Assembly: GCA_030390025.1 (NCBI GenBank)
Contig: CM059431.1
Span: 154,134,001 to 154,198,000, forward strand
Direction of reading: 5' to 3'
Length of the DNA: 64,000 nucleotides
Source of the DNA: Squalus acanthias
Lineage: Eukaryota
Shown: positions 52,440 through 64,000 of the stretch, piece by piece
How positions within the stretch are numbered: the stretch's first letter is position 1
How the letters are laid out: each line of letters begins with the position of its first letter
Program-made: the position numbers and the translations under genes
The notes under the pieces: generated by a model
Seen by the model: the letters and a program-made list of their open reading frames with translations, nothing else
Told to the model about the DNA's origin: nothing
Database searches by the model: none

Positions 52440-52616
52440 CATTATGCATAGGCTGTACGCTGCGGTGCTGGCCTTCGAGACGTAATATGCTGCGAACACT
52501 TTTGGATTGTCGAATAGAAATTATACATGTGAGGCCTCGCACAAGGTGAGTTCGTAATCTTTTCCGGGGTCGGCAGCGCAGCTGCGGAGTACGGTGCCGA
52601 CTGCAACTTTTGGGCC
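52440..52616. mobile_element. Truncated right end of a MITE related to 58378-59104
   Basis: ggtgagttcgtaatctttt...caacttttgggcc resembles ggtaagttcgtagatttt at ~59035 and the TIR type at 28864. Confidence 0.45.
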
Positions 52617-53085
52617 AATAAATGCTTCTATAACAGCAGTGATGTACTTTAACGGATATTCGCTTGCCCCTGATTTCCCGTGGGAGACCTACTATTTCTA
52701 ATTAACGTTTCTGTATAAAATTACTTCCTGAAGTAAATGAATCATTGAAACAAAAACCTGAAATAACCGAAAGTGGTTCTGAAATAGGCAATTTAAATGA
52801 AGGAACCTCAGTGACACTTAAAATTGGTATCGTCTTTTAAAGGTAGAGTTAGCAATCACTCGTGGCATTAGATATTTGAATTTAACTATACATTGTTATT
52901 TTGTGATTAGTTGTCCATTATATTTAAATCGTGGCTTTAAGCTGAATTTTACTGAAATGTTCAGATGTCTTATAAATTGTCAAACAATCAATATCCCCAT
53001 TATATAGGAATCGAAATCCTTACATCAAGTATACGAATTGAAACGTAATTCCAACAAATAATGCCAATCCTGGCAACAGCAGAGT

Positions 53086-53700
53086 TTAACATCTTGTAAT
53101 GGGGTTGGAATTAGTTTCCGATTCGCTGGGGCCTGAAGACGATCAAAAATATACTCCCGATACATTCTGTAAAATAAAGAATTAATTTTAGAAGTATGAA
53201 CCAGAGATCCAACATTTTGCCGCGTCCAGTACTAATTGAGATTTCTCATTGTTGGTTAGTGCCAGAAACAAAACACAGTAAGTAGCAGCTTTTGCAATCA
53301 GAGAAAGCATTAGGACTTTACCAATGGCGTGATTACCCTGACCTTCTGTTCACTCTCCGGCATCTTTCTCACGACCTTAATCAATCTATTTGGCATTTGC
53401 ACCTCCCATCCAATCAGCGCCGTGCTTGCACCTCCCAGCCAATCAACGCCATCTCCATTCACATTTCGCTCTCCATCTTTCCCGTATCGTACTCTGTTTC
53501 ATCCAGGATCTGCCTACATCCTTTTATGCTAATTCTGCCTCCACATGCTTCACTAACTCCTTATAATTAACATTAATTTCATTCTTCCCACTTTTCTCCC
53601 CGCCGACACCGATAATCCCTCCTGACGATGCTCACTTAACCTTGATCCTGCTTTGATTTACCTGAACTTAATTTATTAGAATATAAAAGTGATCCCTTCG
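53086..53700 (-). pseudogene. Paralogous gene fragment: 39-nt exon 53700-53662 and candidate terminal exon 53132-53086
   Basis: 53590-53857 is homologous to 44080-44353. Same aataaAG acceptor, same exon length, open phase-1 frame KGSLLYSNKLSS, donor G|GTAAAT. A downstream acceptor tttttgatcgtcttcAG gives GPSESETNSNPITRC*. Confidence 0.45.
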
Positions 53701-55663
53701 CTTTATTGGTAGGGATGTTACGTTCGCAGTTTACGGGGCCGGCCGACTGGATAAATATCGATTTAATGCATTTATTTCCCTTAACTACACGATCAAGCGG
53801 ACAATGAAAAATGCAAAACGCACCATTGAACAGCGAAAGGAAACGGTGAGAGGGTTAGGAAGCAAGATTGCGAATCCAGCTTCAACCTATTCCATAACAT
53901 GAAGGGTTAGACACTCGAAATTGCTTCCCAATTTTCCCACCGATCTCTTGCGATAACGAACCCCCTCGTGGTCTTCTCATGGTTGGTGAACTGCGCTAGC
54001 AGAATCCATAGAGCTAAACGGGCTGTTGCGTGGCGGCGACAAACCTCTCGATTGGGAGTCCAATATTGGCCGTTTTACACTATCGCTAAAAGTTAAATTT
54101 ACTCCCAATACTTAGAGCAGGAATTATCTCGTTACTACAAATCCACACGAAATGTTGAAATATGACTTCAGAGACCTCGTCATTTTGAATGCGCAGTTTG
54201 ATAGAATTCCAAAGCTACAGCAACATTGCAGAATTCACGCAAAGGGTCGGTAACCCCACAGCTTCGGTTTCCGGCTTCACTAAACCCGCGCAGTAGGATC
54301 CACCATTATAAACTAAAGAATATTAATATTTTTTCCTATGCTCGACTTTGCTGAAATAGCGCGCGAGTGGAACTGATTGCTTCGCTCTTTCAATGAGCCG
54401 GTGCTGTTACGATGGACAGAAAGACCCTCATCTGTGCTGTAGGTTTCTCCGATCCATCCATTTATTTAACGTTACCTTTTCAAACGAAAGCTCACAGTTT
54501 CACGCTGGCAAAGCGGTCGCTGGGTATTGTAAGCAGTGCAGTTATGGAAGTGAACTATAAACATCTAGAGAAGGAAATATTATCGACAATCACGTTGCTA
54601 TTATTTTATTTATCAGTTTCGAGGAATAATTCTGTGCGCGATGAAAAGCGTTAGGTTAAAGATGCAAGGTACCATACAACGGATACATCGAAGTTATCCC
54701 CACATGCTCACATGTTCCCAAAGCTAAATCCAAGGATATGATTTTAGTATTCGAAAGTGTCGTAAAATTCGCGATATCGAATTATCGGCCCATTGTACAC
54801 ATTGCCCGATTAAAGTTAAGGGAAGTGAAAATTGGGCGGCTGTATAATGGGTGGCTAAACTAAAGTTACTCACATTTGTCTGTGTTTGACTGTATATTCT
54901 AATCGTAGATTAAATTGAATTGGCGGCACTGTTAACCATAAAACCACAATGGATTTAGTGGGTTATTAATTGAAGTGGTTTTCACTTTCATCCCGATTCT
55001 CCGGTTCCCTGCTCAAGTGGTGGGGCCTCGAAGCAAAATTGTTAATGCGGTTAACAGGGACATTTCACTCATTACCGGACACTTTCGTGCAAGAAGAACG
55101 AAAAATAAGTCGTTGTGTTATTCTCTGACATGAAGAATACCGTGCAATTCCCTGAAATGCATTCCAAGTATTTTCACACAAAATAAACAAGTATACAACG
55201 TACAGCTGGCACGATATAGAATTGTACAATGTGCAGCCATCACAATAAAGGCACACTAGGAGCAGGCGCACAAATGTACAGGCGTACAATGCATGGGCAG
55301 ACAACGTACAGTCACAAACACGCAGGTGTACAATGCAATGACACACGCTGTACAGGGGAATAGTGTAAATGCACACATTCTATAAGAGCACAATGTACAG
55401 GTGCATAATTCCCAGATACAAAACGTTAAAGTGCTGAATGCACAGGCAAACAACGTACAACTGCATAATGTATAAGCACATAATATACAGGGGGACCATG
55501 TTCAAGCGCTCAATGTGCAGGCAAACAATGTACTTGTGCTTAATTTAGAAGCACTGAAAGTACAGGTGCACCATGTTCAAGCACACAATATACAGGGAAA
55601 CAATGTACTAGTGCCTAATGTACAAGTATAGAGTGTACAGGTACACAATGTTTAAGTGCACAA

Positions 55664-57792
55664 CCTGGAACACTACAGACAGTTACCCGCAGATCCGACC
55701 AAAGAACACACCCGCCAACTCAATAGACTGATCAAGAGCTTCGATCCAGACCTTCAAAGCATCCTATGCGCTCTCATCCCACGTACTTCCCGCGTGGGAG
55801 ACTTCTACTGCCTCCCAAAGATACACAAAGCCAACACAACCGGACGTCCTATCGTATCAGACAACGGAACCCTGTGTGAGAACCTCTTTGGATACGTCGA
55901 GGGCATCCTGAAACCCATCGTACAGGGAACCCACAGCTTCTGCCGCGACACCACAGACTTCTTACAGAAACTCAGCACCCACGGATCAGTTGAACCAGGA
56001 AAACTCCTCGCCACGATGGACGTATCGGCACTCTACACCAGTATCCCCCACGATGACGGCATCGCTGCGACAGCCTCAGTACTCAACACCAACAACAGCC
56101 AATCTCCAGACGCCATCCTACAACTCATCCGCTTCATCCTTGAACACAATGTTTCAACCCTTCGACAACCATTTTTTTACCCAAACACACGGAACAGCAA
56201 AGGGGACCAAATTCGCACCCCAATACGCCAACATCTTCATGCACAAGTTCGAGCAAGACTTCTTCGCTGCACAGGACCTCCAGCCAACGCTGTTCACCAG
56301 ATACATGGACGACATTTTCTTCCTTTGGACCCATGGCGAAGGATCACTGATAAGACTACACGATAACATAAACAAGTTCCATCCCACCATCAAACTCACC
56401 ATGGACTACTCCTCAGAATCGGTTTCATTCCTGGACACACGAATCTCCATCAAAGACGGACACCTCAGCACTTCACTCTACCGCAAGCCCACGGAAAACC
56501 TCACGAAGCACCACTTCTCCAGCTGCCACCCTAACCACGTTAAAGAAGCCATCCCCTATGGACAAGCCCTGCGAATACACAGGATCTGCTGAGACGAGGA
56601 GGAACGCGATGGACACCTACGGCCGCTGAAAAACGCCCTCGTAAGAACGGGATATGACGCTCGACTAATCGATCGACAGTTCCGAAGGGCCACTGCGAAA
56701 AATCGCATAGACCTCCTCAGAAGGCAAACACGGGACACGATCAACAGGGTACCCTAAGTCGTCCAGTACTTCCCCGGAGCGGATAAACTACGGCATGTTC
56801 TTCGCAGCCTTCAACATGTCATCGATGACGACGATCACCTCACTAAGTCCATCCCCACGCCTCCACTACTTGCCTTCAAACAGCTGCCTAACCTCACAAG
56901 TACCATGGTTCGCAGCAAATTACCCAGCTTTCAGGATATCAGCGACCACGACACCACACAACCTTGCCACGGCAACCTCTGCAAGAAATGCCAGATCATC
57001 AACACAGATACCATCATCACACGTGAGGACACTACCCACCAGGTACATGGCACATACTCATGTGACTCGGCCAACGTTGTCTACCTCATACGTTGCAGGA
57101 AAGAATGCACCACGGCATGGTACATCGGCGAGACCATGCAGACACTGATACAACGTATGACTGGACACCGCGCAACAATCGCCAGGCAGGATTGTTACCT
57201 CCCAGTCGGGGAACACTTCAGCAGTCAAGGACATTCAGCCTCGGATCTGCGGGTAAACGTTCTCCAAGGCGGCCTTAGAAACACACGACAACGCAAAATC
57301 ATCGAGCAGAAACTAATAGCCAAGTTCCACACTCATGAGGACGGCCTCAACCGGGATCTTGGGTTTATGTCACGATACATGACGTAGAGTCATCCAGACT
57401 CGAGTCGTCCATGGCTTGTTCACAGATGTGATTCCCAGTAAAAAAGTAAAATTTTTAAAGTTTATCGTTTTCCATACCGACTGCAGCTTTTTACACATTA
57501 GACCCCCTGTAACTCCACCTCATTCTCTCAGTTGTATCTTGCTATGTCTTTGATGTGGTGCCTTCCTGGCTGACCTGATTGCCTTTTGTCACACCTCGGC
57601 AGATAAACAGTCAGGATGATTAAATGTAGTCGTTTTCCATTGTAAGTTACATATGCATTGTTCTCCATCTATATATGCTTTGTCGATTCTGTATTTCTTC
57701 ACTTCACCTGACGAAGGAGCTCCGAAAGCTCCGAAAGCTTGTGATTTCAAATAAAACTGTTGGACTATAACCTGGTGTTGTGCGACTTCTCA
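55664..57792 (+). mobile_element. 5'-truncated Penelope-like retroelement (RT + Cys linker + GIY-YIG; probably Neptune-type)
   Basis: LPKIHK..GRPIVS, MDVSALYTSIPH, GTAKGTKFAP.YANIFM, RYMDDIF, linker PCHGNLCKKC, NVVYLIRC...WYIGET...RMTGH. 13-bp TSD TTTAAGTGCACAA (55651-55663, 57793-57805). Frameshift near 56155 and internal stops. Confidence 0.95.
57704..57744 (+). ncRNA. Minimal type-I hammerhead ribozyme motif in the Penelope 3' repeat
   Basis: Stem I TCAC/GTGA, core CTGACGA (plus one extra A), stem II GGAGC/GCTCC, GAAA, palindromic AGCT stem III, cleavage triplet CUU. Confidence 0.75.
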
Positions 57793-57989
57793 TTTAAGTG
57801 CACAATGTACAGGCGCCCACAGTACCGCAACAAACAACTAAATGTTTCAACCCATGCAGACACAAATAAATAAATCATACAGAATCACACTTTCTCTCCA
57901 TCGCAATCAAATTTATTGGCCCACTGAGTTTAGAGGAGATTTGATAATGATAACTATTGTTGTCACTTCTGGCGCATGTCAATGAGTAC

Positions 57990-58350
57990 ATTGAATTGCA
58001 TAGATGTTACTGCACAACAAGAAGCTACTCGATCCAACTGTTCCATGCCAAAATTTATGTTCCACACGATCGTCCTTCCATCCCTCTTCATCTAACCCAA
58101 TCAGCATAACCTTCTTTCCTTCTATTCCATTCTCCCACATATGTATATCTAGCTTCCTCTAAAATGCATGTATGCTATTTGTCTGAACTGCACCTTGTGG
58201 TCGCCCATTCCACATTCTAGCCAGCCTCAGGGTAAATAAGTTACACCTGAATTCCTTATTGGATATATTGTTGACCGTCTTATACTTATGAGCCCGAGTT
58301 TTGGCCTCGCCACAAATGGAAACATGTTCTCTACGTCTACCCTTTCAAAT
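57990..58350 (-). mobile_element. CR1 3' fragment
   Basis: Reverse complement of a CR1 tail (ccctcttcatctaaccc.atcagcata; ttccacattctagcca..ctc.gggtaaa). Confidence 0.75.
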
Positions 58351-58377
58351 TTGTATTGGAGAAACAATCGTGACACT

Positions 58378-59104
58378 GGGCCGTATATTCCGATCCATAC
58401 TGGTTTGTACGCGTGGTGTACACACCCGTAGGGACATCGGAAATACCGGCTTCAGGTATACGAAGCGGATGTGCTGAAAACCGGCATTTCCGATCTGTCA
58501 AGAATGCTCTTGACAGATCGGACGCCTGCCCTGTAGAAGGGCCTCTGCGGGTGGAGAATTCCGCTTTCTGGAGAACCTCCACCCGCTGAAAACCCTTAGA
58601 ATTCTCACGCTTGATGAAAGCAGGCATAAGGCCTGCTTTTACCAGCACAAGAGTTGGGAAAAGTAAAAAGAAATTTCTCTCATTTATAAATTAAAAATAC
58701 TTTTAAAAAAGGTTTATTATTAGCCCCTTAAAAAAATTTAATTATTTTTTTCAAAAAATTAAATTTTATATTAAAATATTTAATTTATTTTAATTTCAAC
58801 TCCATTTAAAAATGTGATGATGGAAAGAAAAACATTTAACATTTTACAATGTTTTTGGTGTGATCTCCATTCATATATTTGACAATGTCTATCTGTCTAT
58901 CTGAAGATTCCCTTCTCCTAATGGCACCCCATGTGCCACGTGATCCCAGGGACCCTTGTGAACCGCATGCGCCTCTGGGATACGTGGGCCTTGCGCATTT
59001 CGAGTTTGGAGAGCACCAGGATCGGTAGCCTCAGGTAAGTTCGTAGATTTTTCCAGATCGGAGGCCTCCGCACGCAGGAACCCTACGAATGGAAAATACG
59101 GGTC
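58378..59104. mobile_element. PIF/Harbinger-like MITE related to 28126-28864
   Basis: Imperfect TIRs GGGCCGTATATTCC / GGAAAATACGGGTC; ACT at 58375-58377 and 59105-59107; shares gctgaaaaccggc, cacgtgatccca and gggatacg with the 28-kb copy. Confidence 0.8.
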
Positions 59105-59437
59105 ACTGTCTCTGAAACGACATTCGCCAAGATACTTTTGCATATATATCATAGAATAATTGAATTGTAGAGCACTTTAATTTTGTATTACTACAAACAA
59201 TAATAATAATGACAATAAGCAAATTACCAACTAGGAAAGTTGAACTGGAAAACAAATCTTGACAAACAAAGAGATAGCATTTCTTTGGAAAAATATAAAC
59301 ATGTGATTAATAGAGTTCAGGAGGAAAATATTCCGGTAAAAAAAGAGCTTGCGAATAATGAGGCACAATTGATCAGTAAGGAGTTAAGGATAAAACCGTA
59401 GCTAAAGAAAAAGTTAAACACTAAGTACATCGACAAT

Positions 59438-60600
59438 GGCCCTGAATATTCGATCGGAGGCTTCCTGCGATCGGATATCTCTGACTGGAAAAAAATTACG
59501 AACTTACCGGCTGGTTCCGCAGATCCCGAGGCTTTCGATCCGGGGCCTCTGCTCTTCGAAAATGCGTCGAGATACAGGTATCCCAAGGGCGCATCCGCCC
59601 CTGGAGCCACGCGAGCCAGGCTAACCAATGAATCAAGGGAATCCCCCTTCATACTTCATGTACGGACAGAACTGGCAAAAGTATAAATGGGGATCACATT
59701 TAAAAACACACTAAAACATTTTTTTAAATGTAAAATACGTTGTATATTTTAAATTAATTAGAATTGCTATTTAATTAAATATTTTAAACACAAATTAAAT
59801 TTTTGGAAAAAAATAATTCAATGTTTTTACGGGGCTAAATATGATCCGGATTTTCCGATTCAAACGGGTGCATACTAGGTGTTTACGCGCCCGTACGTAC
59901 CGCCGAAGTGCCGGTTTCAGGCAAGCGAAGCACTTGCGTTGAAGCCCGGCACTTGCGATCTGTCAAGAAATCTCTGGAAAGATTATCCGCATGCCCAAGA
60001 AAAGTGCCTCCGCGGGTGGAGAGTTGCATCTTTTTGAAAAACTTCCAGCCGCAGAAAGCCGTCAAATTCTTACGCTTGCTTAAAGCTTTTACCAGCGTAA
60101 GAGTTTTAAATCATAGAAAAATAAAATTGTATCACTAAGTGATCAATTAAAGATACTCTTATGAAAGGTAAGTGTATTGGGCCAGATTTTGCGACCACTG
60201 CGTGTGCGTACGAGGTATGTATGCGCTCGAAGGCTCGCGCAAATTCCATGCTTAGGTATGCGAGGCGCATGCGTTAAAACCCGGAACGTGCCATCTCTGA
60301 AGAAGCTACTCGTCAGATTATCCGCATCCCCGGTGGAATTGCCTCTGCGGGTGGAGAGTTGCGATATTTGCCCAACTTCCGCCCGCTGAATGCCCGTGAA
60401 ATACTTACTCTTGGTAAAAGCAGGCATAAGGCTTTTACTAGCATGAGAGTGTTAAAAATTAGAATGTTTTTTACATTAATTTATATATTAAAAACCCTGT
60501 CCAATAAAGCGAGTTTATTTTTTGGCCCGTTAAAACATAAAAGTTTTTTTCAAAACTTTGAATATGTTTTTAAATATTGTTATTCACAACTTTTTGTTCA
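59438..60600. mobile_element. Three further partial copies of the same MITE family (~59438-59840 inverted; ~59845-60130; ~60179-60600)
   Basis: Repeated gcctc.gcgggtggaga and gcttttac.agc blocks; 59438-59620 is the reverse complement of 58940-59104. Confidence 0.75.
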
Positions 60601-61252
60601 ACTGCACCACTGACACCGTATGCTGGATATTCACTTCGTCTTACATTTTAATTTGCATCGCCGTGGAGATTCCTTGGTTGTTATTAATTCGTTTTGTTAA
60701 TAAATTCTGAATAAAGCACAGCGTGCTCCAAAATTACATTAGATGAACTCGACCTGTTCTGGAACCGACAAGTTCAGACTGAAGTGGAACCTCTGAATTC
60801 CGTTCAAAATATATTTATAAATCCCCCGTGAATTATTTTCCCCTTTGCATTATAATCTTTGTTGTCTGATAAATTAGACCGTTTTTTGTAAATCTATTTG
60901 TACAAATGTCCGAATCCTTCAAATAAATTGTCTGTATCCTAATTATATAGTTATCAGGAATCATAATTAAAGTTTATGATCTGAAACAGCAATATCAAAA
61001 GTAATGGCAGGACTAACATCAGCGGGTAGAAGTTCGTCATAATGTGATGCCATTGAAGTACGGAGGGGTTGGTGGAACTCTGCCACTGACGCACAATATT
61101 CAAGCGCGCAATAACATTCACAAAAAATAACATAAAGAATCACGCTCTCCCTAACGTACAATCCTAGATATCGGCCCATTGAGTTAAAGCTCATTTGCAG
61201 AGACTTCCTAATGTTGAATATTGTTGTTACTTCTGGCAGATGACAATCATGT

Positions 61253-61675
61253 GTTAGCCGTGACTCAGTTAGTAGCGCTCTCTTCTTAGTCAGAAGGCTC
61301 GAAAGCACAAACATATAGGCTGACACTCCAGTGCTGCACTGCCAGAATGCCGTTGGTCGGATGAGATCTTAAACGGAGACCCCGTTTGCTCTCTCGTGCG
61401 GACGAAAAAGACCCCATGGAACTATTTCAAAGAAGAGCTGGGGAGTTATCCCCTGTGTCCAGATCAATATTCATCCCTCAATGAATATCCCAAAATAAAA
61501 CAGATAATCTGGTCATTATCACATTGCTATTTGCCCGAGCTTGCTGTGCGCAATTGGCTGCCGCGTTTCCAACATTACAATAGTGACCACACTTCAAAAT
61601 TACTTCATTGGCTCTAAAGCGCTTTGCAACGCCCTGAGGTCGTGAACGACGCTATATAAATGCAAGTTTTTCTTT
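61253..61675 (+). mobile_element. DeuSINE (SacSINE1-like)
   Basis: tRNA-like head gccgtgactcagttagtagc, Deu-domain blocks (ggctgacactccagtgc; ggatgagatcttaaac; cttgctgtgcgcaattggctgccgcgtttcc), and L2-type tail gctatataaatgcaagt. Confidence 0.85.
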
Positions 61676-61749
61676 AATATTTGTTTTCAATGGAATGTTT
61701 AGCTGTTCCCTTCTTGATAAATCGCAGATCGCAGGACCCCAGGTTAAGG

Positions 61750-62280
61750 CCATAGAATTATATAATCTTACAGCACATTTGGAGGCCATTCGGCCCATTG
61801 TGCCTGTGTCGGCTCATTGAAAGAGCTGTCCAATTTAATCCACAACCCAGCGTTTCTCCTCATAACCCTGAAAATTGCCTATTGAAAATTCCTATGGAAT
61901 CTGATTCCACTCGACTTTCAGGTAATGCTTTCATAACTACCCTCTGTGTGAAAATATTGCTGCTCACTTTCCCTCAAGTTCTTTTGGCAATTAGTTCAAA
62001 TCTATGACATCTGGTTACCGAGCCATTTTCCAGAGAAAACCTTTCTCCCTACTTACTCCATTCAAACCCCTCATAATGTTGACTACCTTGATTAGAATTC
62101 CCTTAACCTTCTCTGCTCCAAGGCGAACAACCCCAGCATCTCTAATATCTCCACATAACTGAAGTCAATCATCCCTGGTATCATCCTGTTAAACCCAATC
62201 TGTACCCTCTCCAGGGACTTGTCATCCTTCCAAAATTGTGGTGCCCTGAATTGTATACAATACTCCAGCTGAGCCTCCTG
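61750..62280 (-). mobile_element. CR1 3' fragment
   Basis: QLEYCIQFRAPQF...GLFALEQRRLR; tail catagaa...ggaggccattcggccc. Confidence 0.85.
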
Positions 62281-63344
62281 CGGATCTCTAATATTGACCT
62301 GATTGTATGTACTAAAAATGTTGAAATGAATCAAAATTAGGTGTTGTGGTCTGTGCTGCTGGTGAAAACGCATCGACCGCTCACAAAAGGCAAGTGGTAT
62401 CATTCCACATAATCGCATGGGATTGCATGTTGGGATTTTGATTACAAGTCCAGTTGTTATGTTCATTTTGGCTTTAAATTAATGTGAAAAACAAGTATTA
62501 GATGTGAGGAGAATTATAGTGCCATGGTATAAAAATGTAATGTAAAGTCAGTTTAAGTTACATTGGACAGTGAATACTCCAATAACCTAAATTGGCTCGC
62601 GGTCCACAAAATCCACAAATTTATCTTGCTCCTGCTTAAATCAAGTCATTCACCAGCCCCTCCCACTCTCTGTAACTCAGTGTTTTGCTGAGTCTGGCCT
62701 CTCGTGTTTTACATAGAATTACATAGAATATATCGCACAAGAAAAGGCCATTTAGCACAACGTCGCTGTGCTGGTGTTTATACTTCACATGAACAACCTA
62801 CCATTCTATCTACCTCTGTCACACGTTAAGCATACATTCAATTACCTTTTCTACCGTCCAGTTTCCTTTTCAAAGCTTCTAATCTATTTTTGCCTTACCA
62901 TTGACTGTTGATTATTGTATCATCTCAGCCCCATGCTCCATAATTTCCTCCCTAAAACTCGTCACCTCCTTCTCCTCCTTCCGTAAACCCACCTTTTTCA
63001 ATAAACCTGTTGTCATCCACCCCTCCTAATAGCTCCTTTTTTACGCAATGTCAACTTTTTCTGATTATGACTTTGTGATGTGCCTTGGGACATTTTTCTA
63101 TATTAAAGATATCATATCAATGCAAGCTATTATTTGAAAGGTTGTACATTTGATCAGCCTGCATGATAGTCATATTAGCAGAGTCATATCTGTTAACAGA
63201 TATCACAGACTCCTCTATAATCATGCTTTTGTATGTATGGTCCATTCAGCAAGGCAGTCCCACATGAATTCGGACAGAATGGTATTTAGTCGGAGTTGGA
63301 AAACCTGGTAAATCGTAATGTTGACACTTCTACCCCTGAGGTCA

Positions 63345-64000
63345 TATTATGATACAGCACAGAGGAGGCCATTCCACCCATCCTCCCTGTGCCGGATCGA
63401 TGGTGGAGCTTTCCAATTAGTCCCACACCCCTGCTCTTTCCTGTATTATTCATTCAAGTATGCATCAAATTCCCTTTTGAAAGTTACTATTTTATTTGCT
63501 TCGACCACCCTTTCAGACAGTGCATTCCAGAACACGAAAACTCGCTACGTAAATAAATATTCCCTCAAGTCGCCTCTGGTTCTTTTGCCAGTTACATTAA
63601 ATCTGTGTCTACTGGTAACAAAACATTAAGCTACTGGAAACGATGTATCCTTAGTTAGTCCATCAGAACCGTTTATTTCTTTTGAACACCGCTATCAAAT
63701 CCCCTATCAAACTTCTCTGCTCTAAGGAGATCAACCCCAGCTTTTCCATTCTCTCCACGTTAATGATGTTCCTCATTTCTAGTGCCATACTAGTAAATCT
63801 CTTCTGCACCTATTAAAGGCCTTGACATCCTACCTAGAGTGAGGTGCCTGGAATTGAACACAATACTCCAGCTGCCGCAGGGACCGCGTTTTATAAAGGT
63901 TTATCATAACTTCCTTGGTTGTGTACTATATGCCTATATTAGTAAAGCCAAGGTTACCATATGGTTTTTAGCTGCCATCTTTAAAGATGTGTTTACATAC
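63345..64000 (-). mobile_element. CR1 3' fragment running off the window
   Basis: Tail tacagcacagaggaggccattc; acacaatactccagctg (QLEYCV on the minus strand). Confidence 0.85.

Larger units (their letters stand above)
55190..57830. repeat. ~15-bp minisatellite (55190-55663, resuming 57793-57830), split by the Penelope element
   Basis: Tandem aatgtacaggtgcac variants on both sides of the insertion. Confidence 0.85.

Noticed and set aside
60651..60658. Octamer ATTTGCAT (Ig/snRNA promoter motif)
   Set aside because: A single 8-mer is expected by chance in 64 kb; no leader, V segment or snRNA nearby.
62297..62472. Minus-strand AG/GT-bounded segment reading NNWTCNQNP...WNDTTC
   Set aside because: Weak splice sites, two in-frame stops in that frame and no recognisable domain; not supportable without a homology search.

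Overview
This is eukaryotic, repeat-dominated genomic DNA, almost certainly from a cartilaginous fish: it carries an HE1/V-SINE-type SINE, a SacSINE1/DeuSINE-type SINE, and shark-type CR1, L2 and Penelope elements. There is no prokaryotic gene, CRISPR array, rRNA or intact protein-coding gene. Most entries in the ORF track are fragments of decayed retroelement ORFs or their antisense shadows. Four layers are visible. (1) About 5.6-43.8 kb is a diverged tandem segmental duplication of a composite unit (old CR1 + near-full-length L2 + a non-TE segment), present in four partial copies, A-D. Each copy has its own later insertions, deletions and one micro-inversion. (2) The non-TE segment looks like the last exon and 3' UTR of a minus-strand gene. 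In copy D it splices in phase to a 39-nt exon and a transmembrane exon (44949-45077, with a stop just after the helix). A paralogous 39-nt exon lies at 53662-53700. Together these suggest a decaying cluster of type-I membrane-protein genes, which I cannot name. (3) A Penelope-like element (RT + GIY-YIG, 13-bp TSD) has a minimal hammerhead ribozyme near its 3' end, and two roughly 200-bp palindromic derivatives with their own TSDs occur elsewhere. (4) There are several PIF/Harbinger-type MITEs, nested LINEs and three minisatellites. All alignments were done by eye. Boundaries without a stated TSD or splice site are approximate, to within tens of bp.
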